Assembly (NCBI GenBank): GCA_009103225.1
Contig: RHPI01000638.1
Span: forward strand, 496,001 to 560,000
DNA length: 64,000 nucleotides
DNA from: Chlorokybus atmophyticus
Lineage: Eukaryota > Plantae > Mesostigma and Chlorokybus algae
Direction of reading: 5' to 3'
Shown here: positions 12,036-24,282 of the stretch, one piece after another
Layout: every line of letters starts with the position of its first letter
How positions within the stretch are numbered: the first letter of the stretch is position 1
Notes under the pieces: model-generated
Seen by the model: only the letters and a program-made list of their open reading frames with translations
What the model was told of the DNA's origin: nothing
Databases searched by the model: none
Made by a program: the position numbers and the translations under genes

Positions 12036-14503
12036 CTAATACTTGTCCTCTTGTACACGGGCGCTGTCTTTGTCAAACATGGGGAGCAGTTGGACAATGT
12101 CTTGTACTGGCTCCAGAGTCACGATATCGAGATGTGGACTCTCTCGACGCTTTTCCCATTCCATAGCGATGCACTTTGTGTCGCTCGTCACATCCAGCTT
12201 CATGTACCAGCGGACAAACACAACCTCCTTCCATACGCGCCCGCCACTATCACCCCACGCCACCACGCGCAGTAAAAGGAGTGCCTGAGCCCACCACGTC
12301 ACGTTCACACCGTCCTCATCACCTTCAGAGAACCATGGCCGACTAAAGAACATTCCAGTTGCGCGCGCCATGCTGACGCCTGATGTCATGTGCACCGCTG
12401 CGCCTCCGTTCACCACGCAAACAGCACGCCGCCCATCGGCTAACTCCAATTGTTCCCTCCTCAACCAGCTGTCCAAGATGGCAGGCGGCTTGTCGGCGAA
12501 TGGAGTCTACAGGGCGACTTGGCGGCTTCGCGCAAAACCGCTCCAGTACGGGCTGGACTCCCTCATTGTCAGCACATCCATCCATAGCAACTTGTCCATC
12601 TTCTCCATTACATTACATTGCTGCTGCGCCATGACCGTCGTGCATCTCGGGATCCACGACCATGCCGTCCTCTCTCACATATTCCGCACAGCTCCATGCC
12701 TTCCAGATTCGCGTTTGATAGTCCCGGTTGTTGCCACCACGCGCCCATTATTTGGTTTATTGGGCATGCGTCTGCTCCATGCGATTGGCGCTGAACCAAT
12801 CTGAGTGTCCACTACTGACAACTGCCGACGCAAGATAAGTGAGCTAATAATGCATATTCTCGATCTTCCAACTTAACTTTTGTGCTAAATATGACGACAG
12901 TAGCGGGTGCAACACTGCGGATTTAAAGGCAGCCAGCTCGTTGTCGGATGTGATCAGGGTCTCGCTTGTGTGTTCATGGGCCTTGAGCAACTTCTTGTTC
13001 CACTGGGCAAGCGATGCAGCAGCAATGGTGAGGAAATCGTTGGCCTCACTATCGAGCAGCACACCATCTGCAAGGGCCGGCAGCAGCTGCAGCACCGCCA
13101 CTTTCTCCACCACCTTAAAGGAGTGGTTAAACAGAGAGAAATCCACTGTACTTGTGGGTACCTTAAAGTGCAAAACCCGTAGTGTCGCCTTACATGCATT
13201 CAGCCTGTGCACATTTGCTTGTGAGCACGTGTCGTTGGCTTTTGTTGTAACATAAATGCAATGCCAAAGACGTGCCTGGTTTGCAGAATCCGTCTCGTGA
13301 ATGGACGCATGCGTTCCTTCGTAGCGTCGTACACAGCAGCAAGCAGGTGGTCAATGATGCCTCTCAGCACATGCATTGCGTCAGGGGCAAGGCGAGAGTA
13401 GCAATCAGCTCCCAGCATCCGCGATTGTTGCCAACCCCATAGTGCATTCTGTTGCCAAACATCAGTGCCTGGTTACGCGCAAAGCCATTCATCTTCACTG
13501 CCGGTGATTTGACCATTATCTTCTAGACATGCAAGGAGAGCTGCTATTTAAAAGCCTTGGCTGTTTGGCGTGCATTTTAAATAATGCTATGCAGGTACAC
13601 CCGCAGCTGTCGTATGAATGATGTGTAGAAAGCCTCGGGTTTCAGTTTCGCGTCCTCATCCATCTCCAACAGATTTAATTTGGTGACGAGACAAACATTG
13701 CAAGGATGTCGTGTTTGGTTGCCCGACACAATGCGTGCGAGTGTGGCAGTCTTCTGCAAATACACATCTCGGATACTCCACTGACATCCTCCATGCACTG
13801 TTTGCCGGCAGGTTGCATCCGGTTACAACCACGCATGTCCACTACCTGCAAATCGCTGATGTAGTTGGCAAGCGCGGGAAACGTACAACGTTCGATGCCA
13901 TTCGGGTCGATGAGCTACAGCCCTTCTTAGCTCGCCCGCTTCACATCCCCTAACACTACATTTAGCATCATGAAAAATCTCACATTTTCGAATTGGGAAC
14001 AATTCCTTGCCCTGCGCCCAAGTGGGATGCCCGGCCACTGCGTGAACCACCGGCAGAAGCGCTATCATAACAATTCCCATGTTACTAGCATGCATGTCCC
14101 AATTGCCAGTGTAGGTGGCAAGCAATGCCATTGGAGGGTAGCTAGAGCGCTTGCCCGCGCTGTTTAGCGTAGTCTAATCACTCTACGAAATGGCAGGCGC
14201 CAAGTAGGACGCTTCCCTCACCTCTCTCCGCAAATCCGCCTCAACATCCACCAATCGCCCGTGGAAGGATGGCCAAAGCTGTGTGGGTTCCACTGTACTG
14301 AACATTGAAGCCATTAGCGGCATGTGGATTGCCATACAACCGCGCGAGCCATACCTGCTCCGACCAAGCAATGACAGCCATGCTGGCCTCAGATTAAACA
14401 TTGCATTTTACAGACTTTGGCCGGCATATATGTGACGCTGATGTCCCGATCCTGAGGGTCTTCAGGCTTGCGCAGGTCAGCCGTCACGTAGTTCTGATAC
14501 GGC
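12036..14503 (-). pseudogene. Plavaka-type (EnSpm/CMC-related) DNA transposase, core and C-terminal part, decayed
   Basis: Across frames: HPSTGDWWML; LAPAIS*SD*TTLNSAGKRSSYP; IVMIALLPV; ATLARIVSGNQTRHPCNVCLVTK; PDAMHVLRGIIDHLL; FSANRMEQTHAQ*TK*WARGGNNRDY; RATGMFFSRPWFS..WWAQALLLL..VFVRWY..DIVQLLPMF. These match the motif order I recall for Plavaka transposases. Confidence 0.78.
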
Positions 14504-15199
14504 AGCACTATGACGGTGCTCGTGCCTTGTCATCTGTGAGTTGGTCCAATCAACAACCCTCTCACCAAGACACAGTATTTACACCAGAACCTTGCCCCCT
14601 CTGCCAAGCACACACGCGCGCCTCGCCACTCGCGTACGCACGCGCATGCGCTCGAAGCTACACACCCACTTGTGTAGCGCCTTGGATCGTGACACAAGCA
14701 AGCACACACCGGTGGACACTTGCTAGCAACCCCTGCTAACCACCACCAAGCTTGCACATAAGAAACTAGGGAGCTAAAGGTTGTATTGCAAATTGTAGAG
14801 TGTCACTTTTATACCTACCAGTCTGCACATGCTACTGTCTAGACGATTCTAGCGCTAGACGGAACTAGAAGCTAAAATATATTTGCAGAATCTTGTAGTA
14901 CACTTCTAGACCTTTCCAACGCACCAAAGATCTTCTAATTTGCTGCTCATATGGTCAAGTTATACTACTTGGCGCCAGGCCCTTCCAGAAATCTGGTCGA
15001 GCCCTTCTCGACTGGCCCTCCGTTTTCTGGCACCTTCCGGACTGGTCTTGGGGCCCCGGTCGATATCCGCGGCAGACTCATAACTCGCCGATATCCACTA
15101 GAAGTCATAAAAAACATGTACCTTACAAATAAGGCCTAAAGCGGCCATGAAAATCACAAAATTTGGCCTTGACTGTTACACTCCTCCCCCCCCAGGTGA

Positions 15200-18100
15200 G
15201 CTTCGTCCTCGAAAGCTCGCGAGGTTGTCGTCAAGCAAGATAGGCACGCACAACGTCTTGAGCATTAGTCAAGTGTGCCTCTGGCTCCCAGGATGCTTCA
15301 TGCAACGGATAGCCCTTCCATTTTACTAAGAACTTGCGTACGCCATGCACAAACTTCACACAAGGATGTCTTCTACCTCCCCCTCTGGTTCACCGTCCGT
15401 GCCAACTTCGGAGGGCGGCCTTTCTGGCGGTTGTCCTCGATATGCTTTTAGAAGGGAGACGTGAAAAACGGGGTGCACACGCATGGTGTCGGGTAGCTCC
15501 AGCATGTACGCTACGTCCGAGACAACTTGCTGACCTTAAATGGTCCCAACCAGCGTTCATTCAGCTTGCGAACTCCCGTACGCACCTATACGTGCTTCGC
15601 GGAGAGTAACACAATGTCGCCTTCCTGAAACGTGAGGTGTCGGCGATGCGCGTCCGCGTACTGCTTCTGCCGATTTTGTGCCACCAATAGCGCCTCCCTA
15701 GCTGCCTGATTAATGTCCGCGCACTTTGTAAGGAAGTCATTGGTTGCCTCCACACGCACGTCATGTCGTCGCGGTGTCCATGTCGTCAACGGTGTCAATG
15801 GATGTTGCCCGTAGTTCATAAGGAAGGGAGTGACACCTGTGCTTGCATTGTGGTGGTTGTTGATTGCAAACTCCACCAACTCAAGCAGCTCCGCCCAATT
15901 GTCTTGTCGCGCGTTAACGTAGCAACGCAACATGTCCTCAATCACACGGTTGGCCCGCTCCGTTTGCCCATCAGCTTGCGGGTGGAATGCCGTGCTAAAC
16001 TTCATTGTCGTACCAAGTGCACCATGCAGCGCCTCCCAAAACTTACTTGTAAAGCGCGGGTCGCGATCACTCACAATGCTTCGTGGTAATCCATGAAAAC
16101 GAAACACATGCTTCACGAACAAGCGTGCTGCCTCCGGTGCCGTGCAAGACTCACTACCCGGTGCCAAGCGTACCATTTTGCTGGTTTTGTTGACGAACAC
16201 AAGTATAGCGTCGTACCCTTCTTTTGTCTTTGGTAGCCCCGTGATAAAGTCCATGGTAACTTGCTCCCACTTGGATAATGGCACAGGGAGAGGTTGCAGC
16301 AACCCACCTGGCTTTTGGTTGCTTGCCTTCACCCTTTGGCATGCGTCGCACAACGCCACGTAGTCGCGCACATCGCGATGCATCTCTCGCCAGTAAAAAC
16401 GGTGCTTAAAGCTTGCCAAAGTCCTCTCCAACCCTTGGTGACCAGCAATGGGCACGTCGTGAGCTTCCTTCAGCAACTTCACACGGATATGCGTGACGTT
16501 GGGGATGTAAAAGCGCCCGTGGTGCCAAAGCAGCCCGTCGCGCATTGACCAATGCCCACTTGTGTCCGTAGCTGCATTTTCCAGCTCTTGCAACACTTTC
16601 ATACCCTCCGTGTCTTCACGAAGCACTTGCCGAATCTGGTCGGTCCACTCGGGCTGCACTCGAGCCAGGGCCTCAATTGCATTAAGCCGGCTTAGCGCGT
16701 CAGCAACACCATTTGACGTACCGGGCTTGTACTTGATATTGAAGTTAAAAAGTTGAAAGAACTCAAGCCATCGAGCTTGTCTACAACTTAGATGAGGTTG
16801 TGTTTGTAAGTACCTCAGTGGAGAGTGATCCGTCTCAAGCACAAACTTTTTGCCTTTCAAAAAACAACGCCATTGTCGTAGCGCCATGACTTGCGCTAAA
16901 AGTTCCTTCTTGTGCACGGGGTAGTTCAGCTCCGCACCACTCATCTTCTTGCTGAAGAACGCTACTGGATGAAGGCCATTGCCATGGTCTTGCTGCAAAA
17001 CAGCTCCTACGGCTGTGTCGGACGCGTCGCAAGCCAAAATAAATGTCTTTTCCATGTCGGGGTGAGCCAGGACCGGTGCCTCCATCAGCGCCTTCTTCAA
17101 CGCAGCAAATGCATGTTCCTCTGTTGCTGACCAGCGCCAAGGCTTTCCCTTCTTGAGTAGGGCAGTTAAGGGAGCAGCTATGCGCAAAAACCCCATGATA
17201 AACTTGCGATAATACCCCGCAAGGCCTAAAAAGGACATCACCTCTTTTACGTTGGTTGGGGAAGCCCACTCGCGCACCACCTGCACTTTGTTGGGGTCCG
17301 GCTTGATGCCTTCATGCGACACGATGTGGCCTAGGTACTCCACCTCTCAAAGCAAGAATTTGCACTTTCGTAGCTGGGCGTACAACTTGTGTTCGCGCAA
17401 ACGCTGCAACACGCGCCGTAGAAGTGCCACGTGCTCCTCCTTTGTTTTCGCGTACACCAAAATGTCGAGGTACACGAGAACTCCCTTACCAATCAAATCA
17501 GCAAAAACGCTGTTCATAAGCGTTTGAAATGTTGCCGGTGCGTTCGTAAGTCCGAAAGACATGACCAACCACTCGTAGTGCCCATAACGTGTGTTAAAAG
17601 CTGTTTTCTCCACATCCTCGGGCGCGATGCGGATTTGGTGCCTCCAGCAAGATCAAGTGTTGTGAAGTACTGCGCACCTTGCAATTGCTCCAGCAACTCG
17701 TCGATACGTGGGAGTGGAAAGCAATTCCTCTTCGTGATGTTGTTGAGAGCTCGGTAGTCGACGCACATGCGCAAGCTCCCGTTCTTCTTTCGTACAAACA
17801 AAATAGGTGCACCATAGGGGGACTTACTAGGCCTGATGTAGCCTCTTTTCAGCAAGTCCGCCACCTGCCTCTCGACCTCTTCCAGCTCCAAAGGTGACAA
17901 CTTGTATACGGGTCGATACGGTGGCTTGTGCACGCCCTCAATTAGCTCCACACGGTGGTCTACGCTCCGTGGAGGTGGTAGACCAGATGGAAGTCCGTCC
18001 ACCATGATATCTTGGTATTCTTTAACAAGTTTACACACCTTGGGGTCCATTGTAGCCGTCTTAACATCGTCACTCAGCTCTGGTGCTGATTTTGCAGTGT

Positions 18101-18750
18101 TTTCGCGCACCACGCACAACCATGCAGCCTTTGCCTTCCGTGCAGACAATAACTTCCTCAATTGCACATAACAGATCTGGGCAATTGTCGTACCACCTGA
18201 TTGTGCGTGCCGCGCCTCGATGACGTCCGACGCAGCTTGAATGGATTCTCCACCATTTCGTTCGATGGTGAGCGCGCGCTTCCTCCAATTGATGGATGCA
18301 TTATGTTGCCATAGCCACGGCAGTCCCAATATCCCGTCAAACCCGTTCCGTAGGGTGATGCAGCAAAATCGCTTGTTCTCCTTCATCTTCCCAATGCGAA
18401 CGCACAACTCTTTGGTCATAAACGCAGCGCCATCACCTCCAGAGGGTGGCTCTCCATTAGCGAGCTTCACTTCACCTCCTTGTAATGACGAATGCCAACC
18501 GTGACGCCGCGATATCAATACTCATGAAGTTGCTGTTGGCACCGCTATCAATCATGAGCTTACACTCTCTCCATCGTCCTTGGTCAAGGCAATTGTGTGC
18601 TCGAAGCCCAAAGTACTTTGTTGTCTCCTCGTTTGCATAACTCACCACCATTGGCGCGTTCAAAGCCATCTCCTCTTGCTTCTTTAATGGAAATGTCACA
18701 GCATCCGTCCGTGCATGAGGCTTCTTCCTATCCCCAGCAGTAGCCTCCTC
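15200..18750 (-). pseudogene. Gypsy pol: PR, RT, RH, IN and chromodomain
   Basis: PR LMIDSGANSNF; RT SPYGAPILFVRKKNGSLRMCVDYRALN, a frameshift after LDLAG, and YLDILV (one Asp of YxDD deleted); RH CDASDTAVGAVL..TDH; IN KEAHDVP..GHQG..CDACQ, MDFITGLP, SDRDPRFTS, DGQTERAN; chromodomain KFLVKWKGYPLHEASWEPEAHL at about 15240-15350. Confidence 0.95.
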
Positions 18751-18752
18751 AC

Positions 18753-19820
18753 CTACTGGGGGAAGTCCTTTTCTTGCTCCACGCCATTTTGCTCCATCGT
18801 GTTGACGCGACGATCACGGCGAGGGTTGCCATCCGGTGTTGGCCTTTGCGTGCTTCGTTTGGGGCATCCGTACGCAAAATGCTCCGTCGACCCACACGCA
18901 TAACACTTGCGCACACCTTTACCTCTTTCACCACGTCCGCCGTGCTTCGCCTCACTTCCATGCGTGTGTATGGCACCCACCTCCATTGGTGCAGGCCCAG
19001 AGTCAGCTCCACCTCCATTGGCAAGTGCTAAACTTGGTTCTCCTCGTCTCCATGCATGTTGAAAGCCTCCCCGGGGCTGATCACCATGCCTTTGCCTCCA
19101 GTCAGTGTTTCTTGTGGTGGACTTGAAGTACAACGCGTCGAGACGCTCCGCGAGTGTTTTTTTCTTCGGGTCCCGTAGCTCCACTTCTTTACGCCTCAAA
19201 GGTTGTAACCCACGTGCATACCTGTCCAGCTGCTCCTCCTCGGTCATATTGGGTATGGACATCACCAATCGCTGAAACGCGGCCGTGTACGCCATCACCG
19301 ACCCCATTTGCACAAGGGCTGCAAGTTTGTCGCGTGCGGCCTTCACGCTCTCAACGGGAACAAATTGATGCCTGACCTCCAGTGCCAACTCTTCCATGGT
19401 GGTCAATGGTAGCGCCAACCCGTTTGCAACACGCGTACATCGATGCCTCCACCACACAAGTGCTGCACCTTCAAGCAATGTCGCTGCAACCTCCACGTGC
19501 AGATGCGTGGGCACCTCCGTGAGCTTCAACCAAGACGATACTTGAAAAATCCATTCATCCACTGCATTTCCATCATGTTGACCCCTGAATGGCTTGGGCT
19601 TTGGCACTTTCACATGCACGCGCGAGCTTGATGCCATGGGAATTTGTATACGCGCCATCGCATGCTCATACGCCTCGCGTTGTGCTTGTGACGTCGCTTG
19701 CGTGTGATGAAGCTCTTCTCTTAATGCTAAGATGGCAGCTTGAAGCTCTTCCATACGAGCATCCTCCATCTCCACTAACACACTACACTCCGGTTTCGAA
19801 TGAAAAGTGTAAACGCCCAC
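18753..19820 (-). CDS. Gypsy Gag (355 aa) with a CCHC zinc knuckle
   Basis: Open ORF with PKPFRGQHDGNAVDEWIFQV, AARDKLAALVQMGSV, QLDRYARGL and CYACGSTEHFAYGC. Pol starts in the -1 frame overlapping the gag end. Confidence 0.9.
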   Translation of the reverse strand: MGVYTFHSKPECSVLVEMEDARMEELQAAILALREELHHTQATSQAQREAYEHAMARIQIPMASSSRVHVKVPKPKPFRGQHDGNAVDEWIFQVSSWLKLTEVPTHLHVEVAATLLEGAALVWWRHRCTRVANGLALPLTTMEELALEVRHQFVPVESVKAARDKLAALVQMGSVMAYTAAFQRLVMSIPNMTEEEQLDRYARGLQPLRRKEVELRDPKKKTLAERLDALYFKSTTRNTDWRQRHGDQPRGGFQHAWRRGEPSLALANGGGADSGPAPMEVGAIHTHGSEAKHGGRGERGKGVRKCYACGSTEHFAYGCPKRSTQRPTPDGNPRRDRRVNTMEQNGVEQEKDFPQ

Positions 19821-20539
19821 ACACTTCCTCTCTCACCTTCGTAAACCGTGCTCCGATACCAGTTGTGACGGTGCTCGTGCCTTGTCACCTGTGAGTTGGT
19901 CCAATCAACAACCCTCTCACCAAGACACGGTATTCACACCGGAACCTTGCCCCCTCTGCCAAGCACACACGCGCGCCTCGCCACTCGCATACGCACGCGC
20001 ATGCGCTCGAAGCTACACACCCACTTGTGTAGCGCCTTGGATCGTGACACAAGCAAGCACACACCGGTGGACACTTGCTAGCAACCCCTGCTAACCACCA
20101 CCAAGCTTGCATATAAGAAACTAGGGAGCTAAAGGTTGTATTGCAAATTGTAGAGTGTCACTTTATACCTACCAGTCTGCACATGCTACTGTCTAGACGA
20201 TTCTAGCACTAGACGGAACTAGACGCTAAAATATATTTGCAGAATCTTGTAGTACACTTCTAGACCTTTTCAACGCACCAAAGATCTTCTAATTTGCTGC
20301 TCATATGGTCAAGTTATACTACTTGGCGCCAGGCCCTTCCAGAAATCTGGTCGAGCCCTTCTCGACTGGCCCTCCGTTTTCTGGCACTTTCCGGACTGGT
20401 CTTGGGGCCCCGGTCGATATCCGCGGCAGACTCATAACTCGCCGATATCCGCCACAAGTCATTATAAAGATGTACCTTACAAATAAGGCCTAAAGCGGCC
20501 ATGAAAATCACAAAATTTGGCCTTGACTGTTACAAGCAC

Positions 20540-20960
20540 ACTCGCATGTGTATATGTGACATGGCTCCAATGGTTGAAGCACATGCGCCGCACACCGTTA
20601 ACACACTTCAGACTGAGAGAAAGCAATGGTGGTCCGGAGGTAGCTGGCCACATGCACACCGGTCTTACACTGGAGCTTTTCTGTTAGAAAGTGTGCATTT
20701 CGGATGCACTTGATGATCCGCCCCATGTCGGAGGCCGACAGGCCTTGGCCGTTGTTGCACTGCACGAATGCCACTGCAAGAGCATGCTCCGAGCCATACC
20801 ACTTGGATTCCGACGCGTGCGAAGGGACGCCTCTTCCATGTTGGCGTGCCACAGGTTTCTCAGGCACACGCACACATTGAAAGCCCTCGTTCACTTCCTC
20901 CTCCTCCTGTTGCTGCTGTGCGTGTGTCTCATGGAGGGGTCATTCAGCATAAAGCATGTG
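20540..20960 (-). pseudogene. N-terminal part of the Plavaka-type transposase, separated from its core by the Gypsy insertion
   Basis: SEHALAVAFVQCNNGQGLSASDMGRIIKCIRNAHFLTEKLQCKTGVHVASYL. Removing 14509-20539 joins THASV|LPYQNYVTADLRKPEDPQDRDISVTY in one frame. The outer boundary is approximate. Confidence 0.6.
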
Positions 20961-21230
20961 CGCATCCTTGATTGAACTCCCCGGTTCAATATGACCCGCA
21001 CTGTACTGTAATGGACGCTAACCGTCATACAGCTTGATCGGCTTGCACACCCTGCTGCTAACAATGTGCATGTAGACCGAGATGCGTGTGACGAAACTCA
21101 TGTGGTAATACGGACAAAGGACTCCCATAGCTTGATACTGATGTTGACACAGGTGTCGCCAATGTAAACTGCCTCATCATATCCAGCAACACGCACAACC
21201 GCCGCCGCCGCCGCTACCTTTGCATGCCAG

Positions 21231-22415
21231 AGGTGGGAAACTTGGCCGCTATTCACTGGGGTGACGGCTCCGGCATACCATTACTATGGTACGATCGAGC
21301 CATTGCATGTCCAAGGTGGGGTGAGTTTGCATCAATATCCTGATTGAACCATTTCAATGGTACGAAGATGCCTTTGCAAAAAGGTACCATTGATATGGTA
21401 CCTTTGTACAGTGGCAATAGCAGTTCGTACCATTGACAGGTGCTGGCAATGCCAGTCCCTGCGCATGAAGACACCATCAATGGCTCCGCCAAGCTATGCC
21501 CGTACAGGGCGGTGATGCTTAGGGTATGTGGCTTTTGGTGGATCGTTGGCGGCGCTGCTAGGAGCGTAGTGGGCGTTGTGGTCGATGTCCGGGATGAAGC
21601 CCATGTTTGCAAAGGGCGGGCAAGGTGCCGGTGGGGTGTCCTGGGTGTAAAATCCCACCATGCCTACCAAGGGCACAGCCAATGACAACGTGATTTAGGC
21701 AATATCTTTCAGGGCTCCCCCTCCGAGTGGGCACAGTACAATACTGCCTTCAAGAATATCCGACCCACTAGCAGCTGCGACCACAGCGACATAATTAAAG
21801 GGATCAAACAAGACTGGCATAACCAAGGTGGGTTATAATGCACTGTCAATGCCACATGCTAGGGTTCTTTTATCTTGCACATCCACAGCCACAAGAGTCT
21901 TGCACATGACATACACTGTCAATACCACATGCACACCCTCATGCACAGCCTCTAGTGTCATATACATGAACAGCATGACCAATCTTGCAAATGCACAGCC
22001 TATTTCTACTTGCGGGAGCTCACAAGCGCAAAAGAGAAGCTGCGGAGCAACACAAATGGGTGATTCATGCTCTGGTTTGATGTTTTAAGCAGTATGCTTG
22101 CAGATTGCTAAGTTGGTCAGCGTAAACCAAGAGCAGCGCGGCAGGCTGACTGTCTGCCTAGCGGAGTGCAACAAAGCGGAAGACAAGGTAAGCATGTGTA
22201 TGCTAATGGGCTAGTCCTCTGGCAGCACACCACTCTTACAACATTACCAAATGCAGGTGGTCACTCTCAAAACGACCACCAAGCGCATGCGCGTGCACGG
22301 CGAGGTGCTGACATTTAAACTGAAGGACGAAGTAGCCGCTGTATTGTTAGCGAGCGAAGCAGAAGATGAAGATGACTCCGATGTTGAAGTAGAAGACTTG
22401 TCGGAGGAGGAATAG
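21231..22415 (+). CDS. Candidate spliced gene of unknown function with an acidic C-terminal tail; may be a pseudogene
   Basis: Exons 21231-21320, 21440-21523, 21713-21827, 21999 to about 22059, about 22107-22187 and 22257-22415, with GT-AG boundaries. Four of five junctions keep the frame; one (about 22059/22107) does not. Ends ...EAEDEDDSDVEVEDLSEEE*. The 5' end was not found. Confidence 0.4.
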
Positions 22416-23884
22416 GAGGAGGGGGTTAAGGAGGAGTTTCGAGGCCGGCATCACGGGTTGACAAGCTGCGCATGAGTGCGACAGCTAGATTCAATGTTGT
22501 AGGTAGTTTCATGTGCAAGTCGGCTGCTCAGTTGCAAGTGGACATACTCTCACCACTCATAGTACGTTGTATATATTGTGGGCTTCTATGTGTGGAAGAC
22601 CAAACAATCAGTGCAAGGTTTGTACAAGCTGCATGGCATGTTAGTGTTGCCTTACGACGAGTATTGCCAACTTTTATCAAAAGGTAAGGGTCACATATTA
22701 ACAGCAGCGTAACGGCAAGGAAATTGCCGGCTATTGCTGTTGTCTGTTCGTAACCACCGGCTAACGGCCATCTGTGCACATCGAGCAAAGGGTAATTGGT
22801 TGACAACTCTGGGCCGGTCAATGCCGCAGACAACCACTTTCGGCCCGCGGCCGTCTGCGTCAATCCACATGAGCCAACGGCAAATCTAACAGTCCAATAT
22901 ATCATTTCAGGCAGGCTCATGCACCCGTCAGTCCTTAATTGATCACCGTGTAAGATGTGCGACGTTTCTGCACGCTTATGATGATCATATTTGTGTGTAA
23001 TTGTTCATGCTGCGATGCCATGTACTCTTGCCACAAGGCTTTTATGGTGTTTTGATTAAACAAGGGTCCACATGGGGCTGGGTTGTGACTGCACAGCTAT
23101 CTACCATGATATCACTGAAGGCATCACACATGCTTCCCTTTTCAGCATACAGATGGTGGTAAGCAAATGAAGTGGCGGATTGAGGCACACAACTACAACT
23201 CAACGTCATCGTTACCAGCAGCATAGACAACGAGATGAGACTCGATAATCACCCTTATACTATTTATACGAAAATAAAATAAATAACAACAATAAAAGTA
23301 AATAATAAAAGGATGATACCACATAGGCGAATGCGGTGCTTGCGGAAGGCGCCGCGTCCGCCCATGTGTAGATAGTCAGCCGCTGTGTATGCATGGACCA
23401 CTGTGATGTAGTGTGCGGTGTGTGTGCGCGTATGTGGTTTGATAAGGGAGCGTTTTGCGCAGTGTGCCATTGCGAGGGATGGAAAGCGCAGCAAAGGTGG
23501 GATGGCATCGTGCCATGTGACATGTTTGGTGGGTAGGCTGCCAACGACATGTAGGGGGCTATTTATTGCATATTTGTAGGCTATTGCTGACATCATGTTA
23601 TAGTGTGAGTGCACATGCTTTTTAGCTGTGCACTATTGCCGTTTTGATTACTTACCTAGCCATCAGCTAGCTGAGACCCCATATTGCTGATGCTGATAAC
23701 ATGCATATTCGTATGTGCGACAATGTGTCATTATGCATAGTGTTGTGGGTACCACCTACAACACCATAGCGTGCTTTACATGATGTCTGGGTGTGTGTTT
23801 ACACTGCATGGCATTGCAATACTAATGCCGACATGGCTTTTGTGTTATACACATGTGTGATGTGGTACAATAGTTGCTGTATGT

Positions 23885-24025
23885 AACATTTGCATACATG
23901 TATATATAAAAATATATATATGTATATATACATTATACATATACATGTATATATGCACATATATATACATATATATGTATATATATAAATATATATATAT
24001 ATATCATGTGTCATTAACATCATAT
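23885..24025. repeat. Compound (TA)n/(TACA)n microsatellite
   Basis: Run of TATA/TACA/CATA units seen directly in the sequence. Confidence 0.9.
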
Positions 24026-24237
24026 ATTATACATTGAGTTACTGCATAAGATAAAACGGTACATTGGTACATGATAATTCGTTGCACAGCATTTATGTAT
24101 ACATGTTTATGTATACACATACTATATGTGCCCCAATGCACTCCCTCGGGTTTTATTTAAGTTCCCCCCTTCATTTGCCTGAGGGGATTGTACACCGGGT
24201 GGGGGGGGGCGGGGGGGTATGTATCTTATATCACATG

Positions 24238-24282
24238 TGTACAGATGTGTTTATACCTGTCAGGTATAAACACATCTGTACA
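24238..24282. repeat. Perfect 22-bp inverted repeat with a 1-nt spacer
   Basis: TGTACAGATGTGTTTATACCTG-T-CAGGTATAAACACATCTGTACA. Confidence 0.95.

Larger units (their letters stand above)
14509..20534 (-). mobile_element. Ty3/Gypsy chromovirus-type LTR retrotransposon, full length, with defective pol
   Basis: LTRs at 19864-20534 (5') and 14509-15180 (3'), about 97% identical; TSD AGCAC at 14504-14508 and 20535-20539; PBS TGGTATCGGAGC (tRNA-iMet 3' end) at 19850-19861; PPT at about 15181-15193. Confidence 0.97.

Noticed and set aside
22528-22920. 130-aa minus-strand ORF next to the candidate spliced gene
   Set aside because: No recognisable domain or supported splice structure; it may be part of the same element, but there is no evidence.
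23799-24023. Tyr/Ile-rich ORFs here and at 50946-51482
   Set aside because: Translations of TA/TG microsatellites.
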